Under the pieces are notes generated by a model that did not search any database, was not told where the DNA came from, and was given only the letters and a program-made list of their open reading frames with translations. A stretch of 64,000 bases of DNA, taken from the NCBI GenBank assembly GCA_029247405.1, contig JAQWLH010000254.1, positions 6,949 to 70,948 of the forward strand, given 5' to 3'. Origin of the DNA: Mariniblastus sp. (GTDB taxonomy: Bacteria > Planctomycetota > Planctomycetia > Pirellulales > Pirellulaceae). Made by a program: the position numbers and the translations under genes. This document shows, piece after piece, positions 51,238 through 60,764 of the stretch (position 1 is its first letter; each line of letters begins with the position of its first letter).

Positions 51238-51543
51238 GTTTCGTCCTTTGTCCTTTAATCCAATTTATGGAGTCGGGTCAGGCTAAGCTTTTAACTAATC
51301 TAATTCTTTTTTAGTATTAGTAGTTATATGGCTGGATAATTGTTGGTAATCGAAGATCAGTCGCCGTAAGTGATTAACTGGTCTACGTCTAAGTTAAATT
51401 CAAGTGTGTGGAAAAGCAGTTGATTGGCTGTCTGTTAGTTGTTGTAACAAAGTTCAATTAAATGTCTGTAAATGGCATTTTAAATATTCATGTTGATAGT
51501 CGTGTAGTTCAGTCGTTGCTAACAACACTGAACTGACAGGTTT
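51238..51543. other. Putative replication origin (oriC)
   Basis: AT-rich dnaA-dnaN spacer; consensus box TTTTCCACA (minus, 51407-51415); tandem degenerate boxes 51331-51349 next to TAG-TAT-TAG-TAG DnaA-trios (51312-51323) and a T-run. Confidence 0.7.
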
Positions 51544-52740
51544 TCAAACAAAGTTAATTTGGCTGGCGAACTGCTCTGTTAGTTGTCGTTTGAGTGAGTT
51601 GATTGAAAGTTTAGTGGAGTTTGAGTCTTGATTACTGTCTGAACTAGATACGATCGCTTCCATTTTCCGATACGCGTGCATGACGGTGGAGTGGTCACGG
51701 TTGCCGAAATATGAACCAATTTTTAAGAAGCTGGTACCGAGTAAAATACGGTTCAGGTAAATCCCAACACCTCGGGCTAGGACAATCGTTTGTTTCCTAG
51801 AATTACTCTTGAGTTCAGATGGTTTCAAATGAAACTCAGCAGCAACAAGTTTGATAATTAATTTCGAGAGTTGATCAATATCGCTGTCAGATTTTTTAAA
51901 CAGCTGAGTTAATTTAGCAGCGTCTAAAAGTGGACTAAAATTTTCGCCTTCAGTTGCTCGGAGAGATGTTTTGACTTGAGCGAAAAAGTGATCGAGTTTT
52001 GGGACGGTGACGATTAGTCGGTCAACAAGCAGTTCAAGGGCGTCGACTGCCAGATTAAGCCCATTGATTTGGGCGAGGTCTCGAATTATTTCAAGTCTAG
52101 CCGAGGGACCAGGCGGATTTACTGGAAGACTGAGCCCACCTAAAAGACGAGAGACTAATTGGCTAGTCAGTCCGTGACAAAGCTGCGGTGACGACTTCAT
52201 TGTGATTACAATAGGCCGGTTTTTACGGCACATTTTATCTAAAATCAACATGAACTCTGTTTGAGCTGCGACTTTGTCTTCTAATTGATGTAAATCGTCG
52301 ATAACCAATCCCGCACTTTGAAGCAAACGATTGCGGAGGTCATCAACAGAGTCAGTTTCCAGGGCCGATCGAAATCTGCGATCAAAATCGAGAGCCGACA
52401 TGTAAAGTGGTTTTTTGGCAGCCGTCGGATTGAGATTGTTTTCCTGATCAGCCAACTCAGAAATAACAGTTAGGGCCAAGGAAGTTTTACCGGTCCCCGA
52501 AGGTCCAAATAAAACAAGCGGCCATTGGAGCTCACGGTGTGTTTGCTCAGCTGTTTCTAATCCATTGGTTGGAATCGTCGGCAGAATCAAGTATTTCAAT
52601 AATTGATTTTGATCGTCGCCTACAAACCGCGCAAGTCCATTAGGTTGGCTTTGGGAAACCACCTGATCGCCACTGAAGTTGGTACTCCAGAGATGGCGAA
52701 AGGGTACCGAAAAAACTTGATTAATGGTGGCTGAAGACAT
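51544..52740 (-). CDS. dnaA: Divergent DnaA-family replication initiator
   Basis: GPSGTGKT, VIDDLH, LVSRL, domain IV FGNRDHSTVMHA; upstream of dnaN. Confidence 0.85.
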   Translation of the reverse strand: MSSATINQVFSVPFRHLWSTNFSGDQVVSQSQPNGLARFVGDDQNQLLKYLILPTIPTNGLETAEQTHRELQWPLVLFGPSGTGKTSLALTVISELADQENNLNPTAAKKPLYMSALDFDRRFRSALETDSVDDLRNRLLQSAGLVIDDLHQLEDKVAAQTEFMLILDKMCRKNRPIVITMKSSPQLCHGLTSQLVSRLLGGLSLPVNPPGPSARLEIIRDLAQINGLNLAVDALELLVDRLIVTVPKLDHFFAQVKTSLRATEGENFSPLLDAAKLTQLFKKSDSDIDQLSKLIIKLVAAEFHLKPSELKSNSRKQTIVLARGVGIYLNRILLGTSFLKIGSYFGNRDHSTVMHAYRKMEAIVSSSDSNQDSNSTKLSINSLKRQLTEQFASQINFV

Positions 52741-52843
52741 ACGGGAAAGTGCCCGAAGAACAAGGAAAAAACGCCACTTTTAGCGACTGCCGATTGTACC
52801 ATTTTTTGTTCGCAACGACGAGTACATTGTTCGATTTAGAACA

Positions 52844-54028
52844 TCATTTTGAACCACGAAAAACCGAGATAATTTTGACAATTCGGCGAGTTGTTTCTGC
52901 TATTTCAAGGGGCGTCGTTAAAACACCCAAACTGATCCGTACCGAGCCTTCGACAATCTCTTTCTCAAGGTTCATTGCCAATAAAACCGGGGAGAGCTCA
53001 CTTGATCCACTGGCACAAGCAGAACCCGTGGAAATCGCTAACCCAGCCATATCAGCGGCTAGCAAAAAGGATTGTCGGTCAATACCTGGAAAAGAGATAT
53101 TGAGTGTATGAGGAACACGTTCCACTCGTCCTCCATTGACCACTAAATCGTCAAACTCGGCCAATAAATTATTTTGAAGCTGATTGCGAAGCTCCGCTAA
53201 ACGAGCCATCTGTTGCTCTGGAGATTGGTAAAACAACTCCAAGGCCCGATGCATTCCTACGGCTAATGCGAGATCCTCTGTGCCCGGTCGGATTCCGGCT
53301 TGTTGGAAACCACCGAATAATAAGGGTTGAGGGGTCACGCCATGGCGAATTAAAAGCCCACCAATCCCTCTTGGACCCCCAAATTTATGAGCCGTAAAAC
53401 TCATTGCATCCACGCCTAGTTGGCGAAAGTCGACAGGCATCTTGGCAACGGCTTGAACGGCATCCGTATGGAAAATGACATTCCGATCTCGACATATTTG
53501 GGCGGCTGAGGCGACGGACTGAACGACACCTGTTTCGTTATTAGCCAGCATCATTGAAACGAGTTGAGTCGGTTTCTCGAGTAACCGTTTAAGCTCGTCG
53601 AGGTTGCACTGTCCGTCTTGGTTGACAGGAATCTTTTCAACTTCAAATCCCAGTCTTACCAGCTGTTCAGCAGCTCCGAATATAGAGGGATGTTCAATCG
53701 CTGAAATTAAAATGCGTTTCGGTTGATCAGTCTCGTGTTCAAAAGAATGATCAATTTTAGCGACTAGACCAAGAATAGCTAAGTTATTACTTTCAGTGCC
53801 GCCACTGGTCAAAATGAGTTGGTCGGTATGCATGCCTGAGCATTGGGCACCAAGCATCTCCGCCATCGACCGGCGAAGCTGCTCTAATTTACTTCGAGCT
53901 ATTTGTCCCAAACGATGTTGGCTGGCAGGGTTAGCGTAACCCTCCAACAAGCATTCCGACACTGACTGGGCGACTGAAGGCAAGATTGGAGATGAAGAAT
54001 TGTGATCGAGATAAATGAAATCGGTCAC
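52844..54028 (-). CDS. Group I cysteine desulfurase (IscS/NifS-like)
   Basis: YLDHN, NPASQH, TSGGTESNN, HTDAVQ, AHKFGGP, STGSACASG. Confidence 0.92.
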   Translation of the reverse strand: MTDFIYLDHNSSSPILPSVAQSVSECLLEGYANPASQHRLGQIARSKLEQLRRSMAEMLGAQCSGMHTDQLILTSGGTESNNLAILGLVAKIDHSFEHETDQPKRILISAIEHPSIFGAAEQLVRLGFEVEKIPVNQDGQCNLDELKRLLEKPTQLVSMMLANNETGVVQSVASAAQICRDRNVIFHTDAVQAVAKMPVDFRQLGVDAMSFTAHKFGGPRGIGGLLIRHGVTPQPLLFGGFQQAGIRPGTEDLALAVGMHRALELFYQSPEQQMARLAELRNQLQNNLLAEFDDLVVNGGRVERVPHTLNISFPGIDRQSFLLAADMAGLAISTGSACASGSSELSPVLLAMNLEKEIVEGSVRISLGVLTTPLEIAETTRRIVKIISVFRGSK

Positions 54029-54819
54029 TTGGTGTCCTTAGAGGTTCCTTGACTGGATTTGATAAGGGCTGCAGCACTTTGAGCATCACGCTTGCTCTCA
54101 GCATGTAGACCAAGTTCTTGCAAGCACTTTGATCGACACAGGAATGACTCACGAGTGGGCGCAAATTCGATCGCTCGGTTAAGCCGGTGACGCGCTCGCT
54201 CCATGCGTCCCAGTTCTAAGTCCAGTGAACCCAATTCCAAATAAACTTCACCCAGTGTTTTTCGTAGCCGCAGGTCAAACTCAACGGGATCGTCATCTTT
54301 CTGGTTGATAGCTACCTTCATTGGTTTCCGAATGTTGAGATACATTTTGTCCCGAGCTAATTCAGCAACATGAGGCCAAAATACAATTGCACACTCCGGG
54401 TGTTCAGTATTCCAAGTGTCCCAGTAATTAGCTAAATCACTATCAGTTTTGTCTAAAAAACCAATCAAAAACCTAGCGTCACATTCATGAGAAATGACAC
54501 TCATGGACGATTCTGATACGAGGTGCCATGTTTTCGTGTTATTAACGACGGTGTTGATCAACTTGTTGGTGACCAGGCTTTCCTCCAGGTCAGGAGTTAT
54601 GTCATCGTAAGATTTTTTGAAAATCACCCAATCGACCAGTGGTAATTGGTTGTAAGAAAACGATCTTCTTGAAAAATCGTCGGGTGAAAATTCGATTCCT
54701 CGAACTTGCCCCAATCCAAACAGAACCAGAAACATGATTGGAGAAATTACCATAAATCCCAATACGACCACCAAGATGAATCGGGCTTTTGAGCGGTGAT
54801 TTTGGTCCGTCTCAACCAT
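54025..54819 (-). CDS. Membrane-anchored hypothetical protein with C-terminal TPR-like helices
   Basis: N-terminal TM; LGEVYLELG..A...LNRAIEFAP; 4-bp overlap with the desulfurase gene. Confidence 0.62.
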   Translation of the reverse strand: MVETDQNHRSKARFILVVVLGFMVISPIMFLVLFGLGQVRGIEFSPDDFSRRSFSYNQLPLVDWVIFKKSYDDITPDLEESLVTNKLINTVVNNTKTWHLVSESSMSVISHECDARFLIGFLDKTDSDLANYWDTWNTEHPECAIVFWPHVAELARDKMYLNIRKPMKVAINQKDDDPVEFDLRLRKTLGEVYLELGSLDLELGRMERARHRLNRAIEFAPTRESFLCRSKCLQELGLHAESKRDAQSAAALIKSSQGTSKDTK

Positions 54820-55107
54820 CTAACGTTGGGATCCAATAAATAGAATACAATCACTTTGAATTTATAACCTTGAGTCAATATCATACCCAAAATTGCTTTC
54901 AAACAAGTGTAAATCAGCTTGGCAGTGATCCGATTCATGTTCTCACCCAGATTTAGCTTGCCATCTCGATTCACCGTTTTAATAATCCAGTTCCGTTTTG
55001 ATCGTTCTTTGTGCTGTCAACAAAATGTTTTGCCGATATTGTTCTTGCGGTTTCACCTGTGGAAGCCTTCAATCTGATCTAACAGGCGCAACACAATATC
55101 GTTAAAT

Positions 55108-55872
55108 ATGGTGGTGACAAACCAAGCAGGTAGGTGTTTTTTGAGTGACGAGGGACCAAAAACGACAGCCGAAGCCAGTCCTGATCAACCACCAATTGAT
55201 CACAAGTCTTGGCCGACCGATCCCAAGTCGCGGATGCGCCGACTTGAGGCGGTGTTGTTTATGTCACGAACTCCGGTGCCAAGCCGGAAACTGAGCCAGA
55301 TGGCCGATTTGGAAGATGGCACTCAAGCGCGAACCATAATTAAGCAACTGAATGAACACTACGACGAAATAGGCAGGGCATTTCAAATCAAAAAAGTTGC
55401 TGGTGGATATCAAATGTTGACTAGGCCCCAGTTCGCCAATTGGATTCATCGCCTCGACCATATCCAAAGCCCAAAACGCTTGTCCACACCAGCACTGGAA
55501 ACGCTTACGGTCGTGGCATACCGTCAACCAATCATTAAGGCAGAAATTGAAGCAGTGCGAGGGGTCAGTTGCGGTGAAATGCTCCGACAACTGCTGGAAA
55601 AAGGCCTGATTAAGATAGCTGGTCGAAGTGAAAAATTGGGGCGTCCCTTTTTATATGCAACTTCCAAAGAATTTCTGACACAGTTTGGGCTTAACCGACT
55701 CAATGATTTGCCTAAATCGAAACATCTTTCCGGCCAAGGGTTGCCGGAATGGGCATCTAATGAAGAATATCGTGGCCGATCTGAAGACGACTCAGAAACA
55801 CAGAGCGTACAACAAGAGAATCATCTGAATCGTGAGTCGCCAGACTCACCGCCCAAGGAGGAAGAAGAATGA
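55108..55872 (+). CDS. scpB: SMC-Scp complex subunit ScpB
   Basis: LEAVLF, VAGGYQMLTRP, LETLTVVAYRQP..KAEIEAVRGV, GRPFLYATS.EFL..FGL; start uncertain. Confidence 0.95.
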   Translation: MVVTNQAGRCFLSDEGPKTTAEASPDQPPIDHKSWPTDPKSRMRRLEAVLFMSRTPVPSRKLSQMADLEDGTQARTIIKQLNEHYDEIGRAFQIKKVAGGYQMLTRPQFANWIHRLDHIQSPKRLSTPALETLTVVAYRQPIIKAEIEAVRGVSCGEMLRQLLEKGLIKIAGRSEKLGRPFLYATSKEFLTQFGLNRLNDLPKSKHLSGQGLPEWASNEEYRGRSEDDSETQSVQQENHLNRESPDSPPKEEEE

Positions 55873-56474
55873 CCCAGTTACTTGATCCCGCCAATACAAA
55901 TTTTGACGAGCGACATTTACTCTTGGCAGATGATCTTGAGGTAGTCGTGGTGGAATTTGTCAATGAAGATTTTGATTGGGTCGATCCCAACCCCCTCGCA
56001 TCAGCAGATGATGATGATTTTGATGAAGACGATGACTCCGAGTACGAAGAGGATGACTCCGAAGACCAAGAATCCGACTCTGAAGAGGACGAGTCCGAAG
56101 ACGAATACGAAGAGGAGTACGAAGACGACGACTCTGAATATGAAGAGGAAGAAGACGACTCGTACGATGATGATTCAGATACCGAGGACGAAGACGCCTC
56201 CGATGATTCAGATGACGACCTTGAAGATGACGAATGGGAAGAAGTCGAGGACGACGACGAAGAATCAGAGGACGACGACGCAGATGATGAAGATGACTCG
56301 TACGAAGACGACGATGACTCAGAAGACGATGATGACTCCGATGCTTCAGGTACCGAGGATGAAGGCGTCTCCGATGACTCAGACGATGACCTTGAAGATG
56401 ACGAATGGGAAGAAGTCGAAGACGACGATATCGACGATGACGACTGGGATGACGACGACGACGATTGGGAATAA
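55869..56474 (+). CDS. Extremely acidic Asp/Glu-rich protein
   Basis: ATGA overlap with scpB; GAN codon periodicity; internal repeat differs mostly at synonymous positions in this frame. Confidence 0.75.
   Translation: MTQLLDPANTNFDERHLLLADDLEVVVVEFVNEDFDWVDPNPLASADDDDFDEDDDSEYEEDDSEDQESDSEEDESEDEYEEEYEDDDSEYEEEEDDSYDDDSDTEDEDASDDSDDDLEDDEWEEVEDDDEESEDDDADDEDDSYEDDDDSEDDDDSDASGTEDEGVSDDSDDDLEDDEWEEVEDDDIDDDDWDDDDDDWE
56181..56428 (+). repeat. Imperfect ~77-bp direct repeat within the acidic gene
   Basis: Copies at ~56181-56257 and ~56352-56428, each encoding TEDE..SDDSDDDLEDDEWEEVEDD. Confidence 0.85.
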
Positions 56475-56550
56475 ACTCGCAGTCAAATTTAAATCAACTG
56501 ACCCAGCTTGAACGGTTCGTTGATTTTAAAGATGAGCAGAAGCTAATCGC

Positions 56551-57822
56551 TTAATCGCCCAACTGAAATAGTTTTTTCAATGCATCTAGCAAGCTGCCCG
56601 ATCCATTGGATGTGTCATCGCGTAACGATTTCAGCGGTGGGTGAAGAATCTTGTTCACCAACCGATTAAACGACTGCTCAATTTCTTTTTTTTGTTTCTC
56701 GGATACGCCTTCGATGCGGTTCATCAATCGGTCGAGTTCAACATTTTTTGCCTTGTCAGCCTGTTGCCGCAATTGTGCGATTGTCGAGCCGCTTGATCGA
56801 CGGCGAACATCAGCAAAAAACGCATTGGTTTCCTGAGTAATTATTTTGGCGGCTTTTGGATATTCAGATTCACGCGATTCGCGATTGAGTTCACATTCTT
56901 TTTGTAGATCGTCCAAGGTATACAAGTACACGTTTAATCGCTCGCCGATATCAGCAGCGAAGTCACGAGGGATGGCTAAGTCGAGGATCAAGATGGGCTT
57001 TTGTTCACGGACTTTCTCGACGTGATCAAACATTTCAGAGGTCACGATTGGTTCAGTTGCACCCGTGGTGCTGACGACCAGATCAGCCGTTGCCAACTCC
57101 TCCTTCAAATTGGTCCATTCACAAACTCGTCCGTTAAACTGTTTGGCAAGTTCTCTTGCTTTGGACTCAGTTCGGTTGGTGATCCGGATATCTTTTCCGC
57201 CTCCGGTCACGACGTATTTGAGTGTTTCTTCGGCCATTTCACCGGCACCGACAATCAATATTTTTTTGTTATCGAGCCTCTCAAATATTTGCTTCGCCAA
57301 TACACCGATCGCGACGCTTGGCACACTTACTCGGTTGGCATGGATGTCAGTTTCATTGCTAACGCGGCGGGCCACACGAATCGCTGACTGAAAGACCTGG
57401 TGGGTTAATGGAATGGAATCGTTGGATTCAATTGCAATTTGATATGCTTTTTTGACTTGTGAAAGAATCTGAGCTTCGCCGACGACCATACTGTCGAGGC
57501 TCGCAGCAACATTGAACAAATGTTCAATTGCTTTTTGATTTGAATGAGCAAAAAGATCGGCGTTGATATCCGCAATTGACAGCCCCCTTTGCTGCGCAAG
57601 AAATTTGATCATTTCCTGTTTGCTGGGAATTAATTCCGGATTTTCGGCAGCGGCATAGAATTCGGTCCGATTGCAGGTTGAAAGTAAAACAGCTTCTGAT
57701 TTTGGAAACTGATGATAAAAGAGGTCCAGAAACGGACGAACCTGTTGTTCTGTAAAAGATAACCGCTCGCGAATCGCTACATTGGATTGGTGATGGCTGC
57801 AGCCAACGACCTGGAGGTTCAT
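56551..57822 (-). CDS. hemA: Glutamyl-tRNA reductase
   Basis: LSTCNRTE, SLDSMVVGEAQILSQVK, GAGEMA, DLAIPRD. Confidence 0.97.
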   Translation of the reverse strand: MNLQVVGCSHHQSNVAIRERLSFTEQQVRPFLDLFYHQFPKSEAVLLSTCNRTEFYAAAENPELIPSKQEMIKFLAQQRGLSIADINADLFAHSNQKAIEHLFNVAASLDSMVVGEAQILSQVKKAYQIAIESNDSIPLTHQVFQSAIRVARRVSNETDIHANRVSVPSVAIGVLAKQIFERLDNKKILIVGAGEMAEETLKYVVTGGGKDIRITNRTESKARELAKQFNGRVCEWTNLKEELATADLVVSTTGATEPIVTSEMFDHVEKVREQKPILILDLAIPRDFAADIGERLNVYLYTLDDLQKECELNRESRESEYPKAAKIITQETNAFFADVRRRSSGSTIAQLRQQADKAKNVELDRLMNRIEGVSEKQKKEIEQSFNRLVNKILHPPLKSLRDDTSNGSGSLLDALKKLFQLGD

Positions 57823-58748
57823 GATCGCTTCTCCGTTAAAAGCGATTCTGGATCATTGAACGTCACGGATGTCAAAGTTTTATCGGACGATTTACTAACC
57901 GCATGGCCAACCCACCAGACAATTCCCAGTTCCAATACCAAAAAAAGAAAGCTGGCCATTACCAAATAGGCGACTTTACGTCCGTGCCGTGCCGGACGAT
58001 AACACGCGTTAAATATCGCGGAAGCCAGTAACCAAAAAAATAACACTCCTGATGACCAGACCACCGGATCGGACCAGGCGATCGTTCCTCGCGCGAACCC
58101 ATCATTACCGTGAGCCTGATTAATCAAGTTCAGGGCGATTCCTGAAACCAGCCCTCCGGCCAACAAGACGGTTGAAATGATTAGGGAACTCTCACACGAC
58201 TTCTGTAGCCACTCAAGCGATGGCAGCTTGAAATGCTTCGGTGAACGAGCCTTGCGTTTAAGTCGGCTGGCTTGAAGCAAGTAGACATTTCCAAAAACAA
58301 ATCCAAGGGCAACAACAGCAGTGCCCAGCAATAAAGCTGATCCGTGCACCATGTTCCAGATGGTTTTAGCTCGGCCAACCGAGAATGAACGTTCGGGTCC
58401 AAACTGAACGGCGACAGCAATCAGAACAATAATCACCGGCAACAGGAAAAGCCCGATCACGGATTTTGCCTGACGAATTGAAATCCATAAATACGCCGCC
58501 GCTAATACCCAAGCCGCGGCCAGACACCAGCCAAACCAACTACTTAGCCAGATACCCGTCGCATCAAGTTCCAGTTTGCCTTGCCACAATAAATAAACGG
58601 TATGGGCAACTAAACCAGCCGCCGCAAATCCAACGCGAACGTATTTGCGAAGCGCGACGTCAAAGAAGACGCGTGAGATTTCCAACGCAAATACGACCAG
58701 ATAGCTGGCCGCAAAGCAGGTAATTGAAATTTTATAAAGCCAGTCCAC
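57819..58748 (-). CDS. Cytochrome c assembly family membrane protein (CcsA/HemX-like)
   Basis: About 8 TMs, VHG His, LPSLE.L, WSDP motif; 4-bp overlap with hemA. Confidence 0.75.
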   Translation of the reverse strand: MDWLYKISITCFAASYLVVFALEISRVFFDVALRKYVRVGFAAAGLVAHTVYLLWQGKLELDATGIWLSSWFGWCLAAAWVLAAAYLWISIRQAKSVIGLFLLPVIIVLIAVAVQFGPERSFSVGRAKTIWNMVHGSALLLGTAVVALGFVFGNVYLLQASRLKRKARSPKHFKLPSLEWLQKSCESSLIISTVLLAGGLVSGIALNLINQAHGNDGFARGTIAWSDPVVWSSGVLFFWLLASAIFNACYRPARHGRKVAYLVMASFLFLVLELGIVWWVGHAVSKSSDKTLTSVTFNDPESLLTEKRS

Positions 58749-58973
58749 AGCGTATTTATAAGGTTTGGGGCAGCTATGATTAAATAGTTAATCATTTGCC
58801 CAAAGAATCGAATTGACAATACACATCATAACCCGAAGCATGACCAAGGGATTGATCGTTACGCTTAAAAGCCGTCAATAAAAAGCTCGAAATGGCTGGT
58901 CTAAAAAATTAAAGTCAATCTGAAACATAGCTCGTTTGGAATCAATTGATCACAAGTTCAGCTCCGCTGAATA

Positions 58974-60062
58974 TTAGCTTTCTGTCTCAGCGTCGTCTGA
59001 TTTTGATTTCGCCAGACCAAATTCGGTTAGCTTTTTGTAAAGTGTATTTCGATTGATTCCCAGACGGGTCGCCGCTTTGGTTTGGGTATGATTGCAGGCA
59101 TGAAGCACTTGAACCAATAGCTCCTTTTCAACCGGTTCAACAATTTGCCTGTACAAATCGGTATCACTTTTCTCAGCCTTACTTAGCTGATTATAAACTA
59201 ACTCTCGAATTAACGACTGATCATCAGTGGGCCTAAAAACAGCAACTTGGGCGGCAGTTGAGTCACCGATAACGGCTGTTGGCAATAGCGACGGTTCCAG
59301 TTGATCACCTTGTGACAGGACCACTGCCCGTTCAATATAATTTTGCAGCTCCCGGACATTTCCCGGCCATTGATATTCGACTAGCGCTTGCAAGGCATCT
59401 GGATGAATCTTTTTGATTTCTTTGCCATTGGCTTGGCAGTAAACATTCAGAAAAAATCGGACGAGCGCTTCTACATCTCCTTCGCGACGTCGAAGTGGGG
59501 GTAATGCGATCGGCAGGACGTTCAATCGCCAAAATAGATCCTCGCGAAATCGGCCTTCGCTTACTTCAAGATTGAGATCACAATTACTCGCCGCAATCAC
59601 CCGGACATCGACTTGAATCGTCCGAGTATCGCCTACCCGTTCGAATTCTCGCTCCTGTAATACTCGCAGTAGTTTGACTTGAAGCGTCGATGAAGTTGAA
59701 TTGACTTCGTCCAGAAAGATGGTCCCACCATGCGCCGCTTCGAATCGGCCAGTACGATCACGAACGGCGTCGGTAAATGAACCTCGAACGTGACCAAATA
59801 ACTCGCTATCGAGAAGACTTTCGGTTAGGGCTCCACAGTTGACCCGAACAAATGGACCACTGGCTCGGTCGCTTAGTTTGTGCAAGGCGGCAGCAATCAG
59901 TTCTTTGCCGGTTCCAGTTTCTCCCAAAAGTAGTACCGATGAGCTGCTGGCTGCCGAAAGTCGCGTCATCTGATAAACGCTACGCATTGTTGACGATGTA
60001 CCAACCAGCCCTTCGAGCGGAGAATCATCTACATTGCTGAAATTGGAATTATCGGTGCCCAT
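58974..60062 (-). CDS. Sigma-54-dependent activator (AAA+ and Fis-HTH, no sensory domain)
   Basis: [45 protein letters not shown]. Confidence 0.92.
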   Translation of the reverse strand: MGTDNSNFSNVDDSPLEGLVGTSSTMRSVYQMTRLSAASSSSVLLLGETGTGKELIAAALHKLSDRASGPFVRVNCGALTESLLDSELFGHVRGSFTDAVRDRTGRFEAAHGGTIFLDEVNSTSSTLQVKLLRVLQEREFERVGDTRTIQVDVRVIAASNCDLNLEVSEGRFREDLFWRLNVLPIALPPLRRREGDVEALVRFFLNVYCQANGKEIKKIHPDALQALVEYQWPGNVRELQNYIERAVVLSQGDQLEPSLLPTAVIGDSTAAQVAVFRPTDDQSLIRELVYNQLSKAEKSDTDLYRQIVEPVEKELLVQVLHACNHTQTKAATRLGINRNTLYKKLTEFGLAKSKSDDAETES

Positions 60063-60277
60063 TTAATCCACAAGTTGGTGGTGAACTTCGTGACTGCTTC
60101 TTATTTCAACCTGATATGAGCTGCGTGCAAAGGGCTTAAACCACTAATTGCATCAATATCCGGCAGGGTTTTGCCGTAAGAACTAGCAATAGCTGAATTC
60201 TACCCCCAGAAACGGGTTGGTGGGAACGATGCTCCAGGCAAACCGGATGCGAATGCTTGTGCGATCGACCATCAACG

Positions 60278-60310
60278 AAAAAAGCCAGCCCATAGTTTGG
60301 ACTGGCTTTC
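60278..60310 (-). terminator. Rho-independent terminator after rplU
   Basis: Minus strand AAAGCCAGTCCA-AACTA-TGGGCTGGCTTT followed by further Ts. Confidence 0.75.
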
Positions 60311-60346
60311 GTTTGATACTTGGATTGTGGTTGCGACGAATCGAAA

Positions 60347-60655
60347 CTAAGCGATCGACTCGATGACAACTTTGACGTACTTTTGGCGATGGCCAGTACG
60401 TCGCTTTGAATTTTTACGCCGACGGAACTTTTGGACGAAAATCTTGTCGCCCTTGGTTTCACCAATGACCTTTGCCGAGACGGTCGCTCCACCGACAGTC
60501 GGCGTGCCAAGAGTGAAGCCACTCTCGTTTGAGACAGCCAAAACACGGTCAAATGTGAGTTTGTCACCCGCTTTTGCTTCGCGGAAGTCGATTTCAAGGA
60601 TTTGGCCTTCTTCGACTTTGTATTGGCGTCCGAGGTCAGCAATAATCGCGTACAT
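60347..60655 (-). CDS. rplU: 50S ribosomal protein L21
   Basis: MYAII..GRQYKVEEG, KFRRRK...RRTGHRQ. Confidence 0.97.
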   Translation of the reverse strand: MYAIIADLGRQYKVEEGQILEIDFREAKAGDKLTFDRVLAVSNESGFTLGTPTVGGATVSAKVIGETKGDKIFVQKFRRRKNSKRRTGHRQKYVKVVIESIA

Positions 60656-60735
60656 GTTTGGTCCGGTGACTCTTTGTCGTTAGTTGGATCCATCGAATAA
60701 AAAACGGACGGAAAACCCGTCCTATGGAGCGACAG

Positions 60736-60764
60736 ATTCTAATAAATGGGCCCGACTACGTCGA
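60736..60764 (-). promoter_or_regulatory. Putative sigma-70 promoter of rplU
   Basis: TCGACG-17 bp-TAGAAT on the minus strand. Confidence 0.5.

Noticed and set aside
51506-51534. Inverted repeat after dnaA as a terminator
   Set aside because: The hairpin AGTTCAGT(C)GTTG/CAACACTGAACT is real but has no U-tract on the dnaA strand, so its function is unassigned.
52844-54028. Selenocysteine lyase linked to the selenoprotein candidate
   Set aside because: It has ordinary group I desulfurase motifs and lies 40 kb away; nothing in the sequence links the two.
55957-56511. Thr/Met/Lys-rich 184-aa ORF
   Set aside because: It is a frame-shifted shadow of the GAN-rich acidic gene, which has the coupled start.
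60136-60693. 185-aa ORF overlapping rplU
   Set aside because: It is an alternative frame over a clear L21 gene and crosses its terminator.
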